From: Squalus acanthias
Taxonomy: Eukaryota
Assembly: GCA_030390025.1 (NCBI GenBank)
Contig: CM059433.1
Location: forward strand, 15,316,001 to 15,380,000
Reading direction: 5' to 3'
DNA: 64,000 bases
Part shown: positions 62,012-64,000 of the stretch, one piece after another
Position numbering within the stretch: position 1 is the stretch's first letter
Layout of the letters: each line of letters begins with the position of its first letter
Position numbers and translations under genes: made by a program
Notes under the pieces: model-generated
What the model was told of the DNA's origin: nothing
What the model saw: the letters and a program-made list of their open reading frames with translations, nothing else
Database searches by the model: none

Positions 62012-63812
62012 ATTTTATTTATTCATTCCTGCGATGTGGGCGTCGCTGGCAAGGCGAGCATTTATTGCCCATCCCTAATTGCCCTTAAGAAAGGGGTGGT
62101 GAGCCGCATTCTTGAACCACTGCAGTCCCTGCGATGAAGGTATTCTTACAGTGCTGTTAGGGTGGGAGTTCCAGGATTTTGACCCAGCGATGAAGAAGGA
62201 ACGGCGATATACTTCCAAGTCAGGGTGGTGTGTAACTTGATGTGGTACTTGGAGGTGGTGGTGTTCCCATGCGCCTGCTGCCCTTGTCCTTCTAGGTGGA
62301 AGTGGTCGCGGGTTTGTGAGGTGCTGCCGAAGAAGCCTTGGCGAGTTGCTGCAGTGCATCTTGTAGATGGTACACACTGCAGCCACGGTGCGCCGGTGGT
62401 GGAAGGAGTGATTGTTTAAGGTATTCCATCACACACCTGACTTGCACCTTGTAGATGGCGGAAAGGCTTTGGAGAGTCAGGAGGTGAGACACTCGCCGCA
62501 GAATACCCAGCCTCTGACCTGCTCCTAAGGCCACAGTATTTATGTGGTTGGTCCAGTTAAGTTTCTAGTCAATGGTGACCCCCCAGGATGTTAATGGTGG
62601 GGAATTTGGCGATGGTAATGCCATTGAATGTCAAGGGGCAGTGGTTAAACCCTCTCCTATTCGAGATGGTCATTGCCTGGCACTTATGTGGCACAAATGT
62701 TACTTGCCACTTATCAGCCCAAGCCTGAATGTCATCCAGGTCTTGCTTCATGCGGCCATAGACTGCTTCATTATCTGAGGAGTTGCGAATGGAACTGAAC
62801 ATTGTGCAATCATCAGCGAACATCCCCACTTCTGACCTTATGTTGGAGGGAAGGTCATTGATGAAGCAGCTGAAGATGGTTGGGCCTAGGACACTGCTTT
62901 GAGGAACTCCTGCAGCGATGTCCTCGGGCTAAGAAGATTGGCCTCCAACAACCACAACCATCGTCCTTTGTGTTAGGTATGACTCCAGCCAGTTGAGAGT
63001 TTTTCCCCTGATTCCCATTGACTTCAATTTTACTCGGACTCTTTGATGCCACACTCGGTCAAATGCTGCCTTGATGTCAAGGGCAGTCACTCTCACTTCA
63101 TCTCTGGAATTCAGCTCTTTTGTCCGTGTTTGGACCAAGGCTGTAATGAGGTCTGGAACTGAGTGGTCCTGGTCGGTGAGTAGGTTATTGGTGAGTAAGT
63201 GCCGCTTGATAGCACTGTCGACGACACCTTCCATCACTTTGCTGATGATTGAGAGTAGACTGATGGGGCGGTAATTGGCCGGATTGGATTTGTTCTGCTT
63301 TTTGCGGACAGGACATACCCAGGCAGTTTTCCACATTGTCGGATAGATGCCAGTGTTGTAGCTGTACTGGAACAGCTTGGCTAGAGGCGCGGCTAGTTCT
63401 GGAGCACAAGTCTTCAGCACGACAGCCGGGATGTTGTCGGGGCCCATATCCTTTGCTGTATCCAGTGCGCTCAGCCGTTTCTTGATATCACGTGGAGTGA
63501 ATCGAATTGGCTGAAGACCAGATCTGTGATGGTGGGGACCTCAGGAGGAGGCCGAGATGGGTCATCCACTCGGCACTTCTGGCTGAAGATGGTTGCGAAT
63601 GCTTCACCCTTGTCTTTTGCACTCATGCGCTGGGCTCCACCATCATTGAGGATGGGGATACTCATGGAGCTTCCTCCTCCTGTTAGTTGTTTAATTGTCC
63701 ACCACCATTCACGACTGGATGTGGCAGGACTGCGGAGCTTTGATCTGATCCGTTGGTTGTGGGATAGCTTAGCTCTGTCTATAGCATGCTGCTTCCGCTG
63801 TTTAGCATGTAA
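62012..63812 (-). mobile_element. CR1/L2-group non-LTR retrotransposon, 5'-truncated
   Basis: Minus ORFs 63471-63857, 62929-63447 (GPDNIP, NYRPISLL, ALDIKAAFDRVWH), 62569-62829 (FADD) and 62075-62386. A-rich tail near 62012. Confidence 0.9.
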
Positions 63813-64000
63813 ATTAATGTAGTCATTGGTGATACTAGCACTGCAATAGCACTGCAATTATACAAATAAAGTAGTCAGTCAGGCAATCTATTGTAGCACT
63901 GCGAGACCACATGGAGCACAGCACCATTGTGTGCAACTACTAGGAACCCACGAATCACGACTGTGATTAATGCAGTCGTGCCTGCCACTACTACGGTTCA

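Overview
Eukaryotic, repeat-dominated, apparently intronic or intergenic DNA. The repeat set suggests a cartilaginous fish such as a shark (inference): CR1/HER1-like LINEs, L2 LINEs, Deu-domain tRNA SINEs resembling SacSINE1, Penelope-like fragments and RTE. No complete host gene is visible; one candidate frame-preserving cassette exon lies on the minus strand at 20517-20675. Main contents: (1) a structurally complete 4143-bp PIF/Harbinger transposon (56582-60724, TAA TSD) with an open DDE transposase and a convergent three-exon Myb/SANT partner gene that I reassembled (451 aa), plus an internally deleted relative, several decayed copies and about ten Harbinger-type MITEs, several carrying conserved 5' splice-site clusters and hairpins; (2) five Penelope-like ends carrying minimal hammerhead ribozyme motifs, three with 13-16 bp TSDs; (3) an unusually long, CpG-rich 1638-bp solo LTR (TG...CA, ATTA TSD) with promoter and polyA signals on both strands and a cryptic hydrophobic reading frame. 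All calls are by eye with no database searches. LINE and SINE boundaries are approximate.
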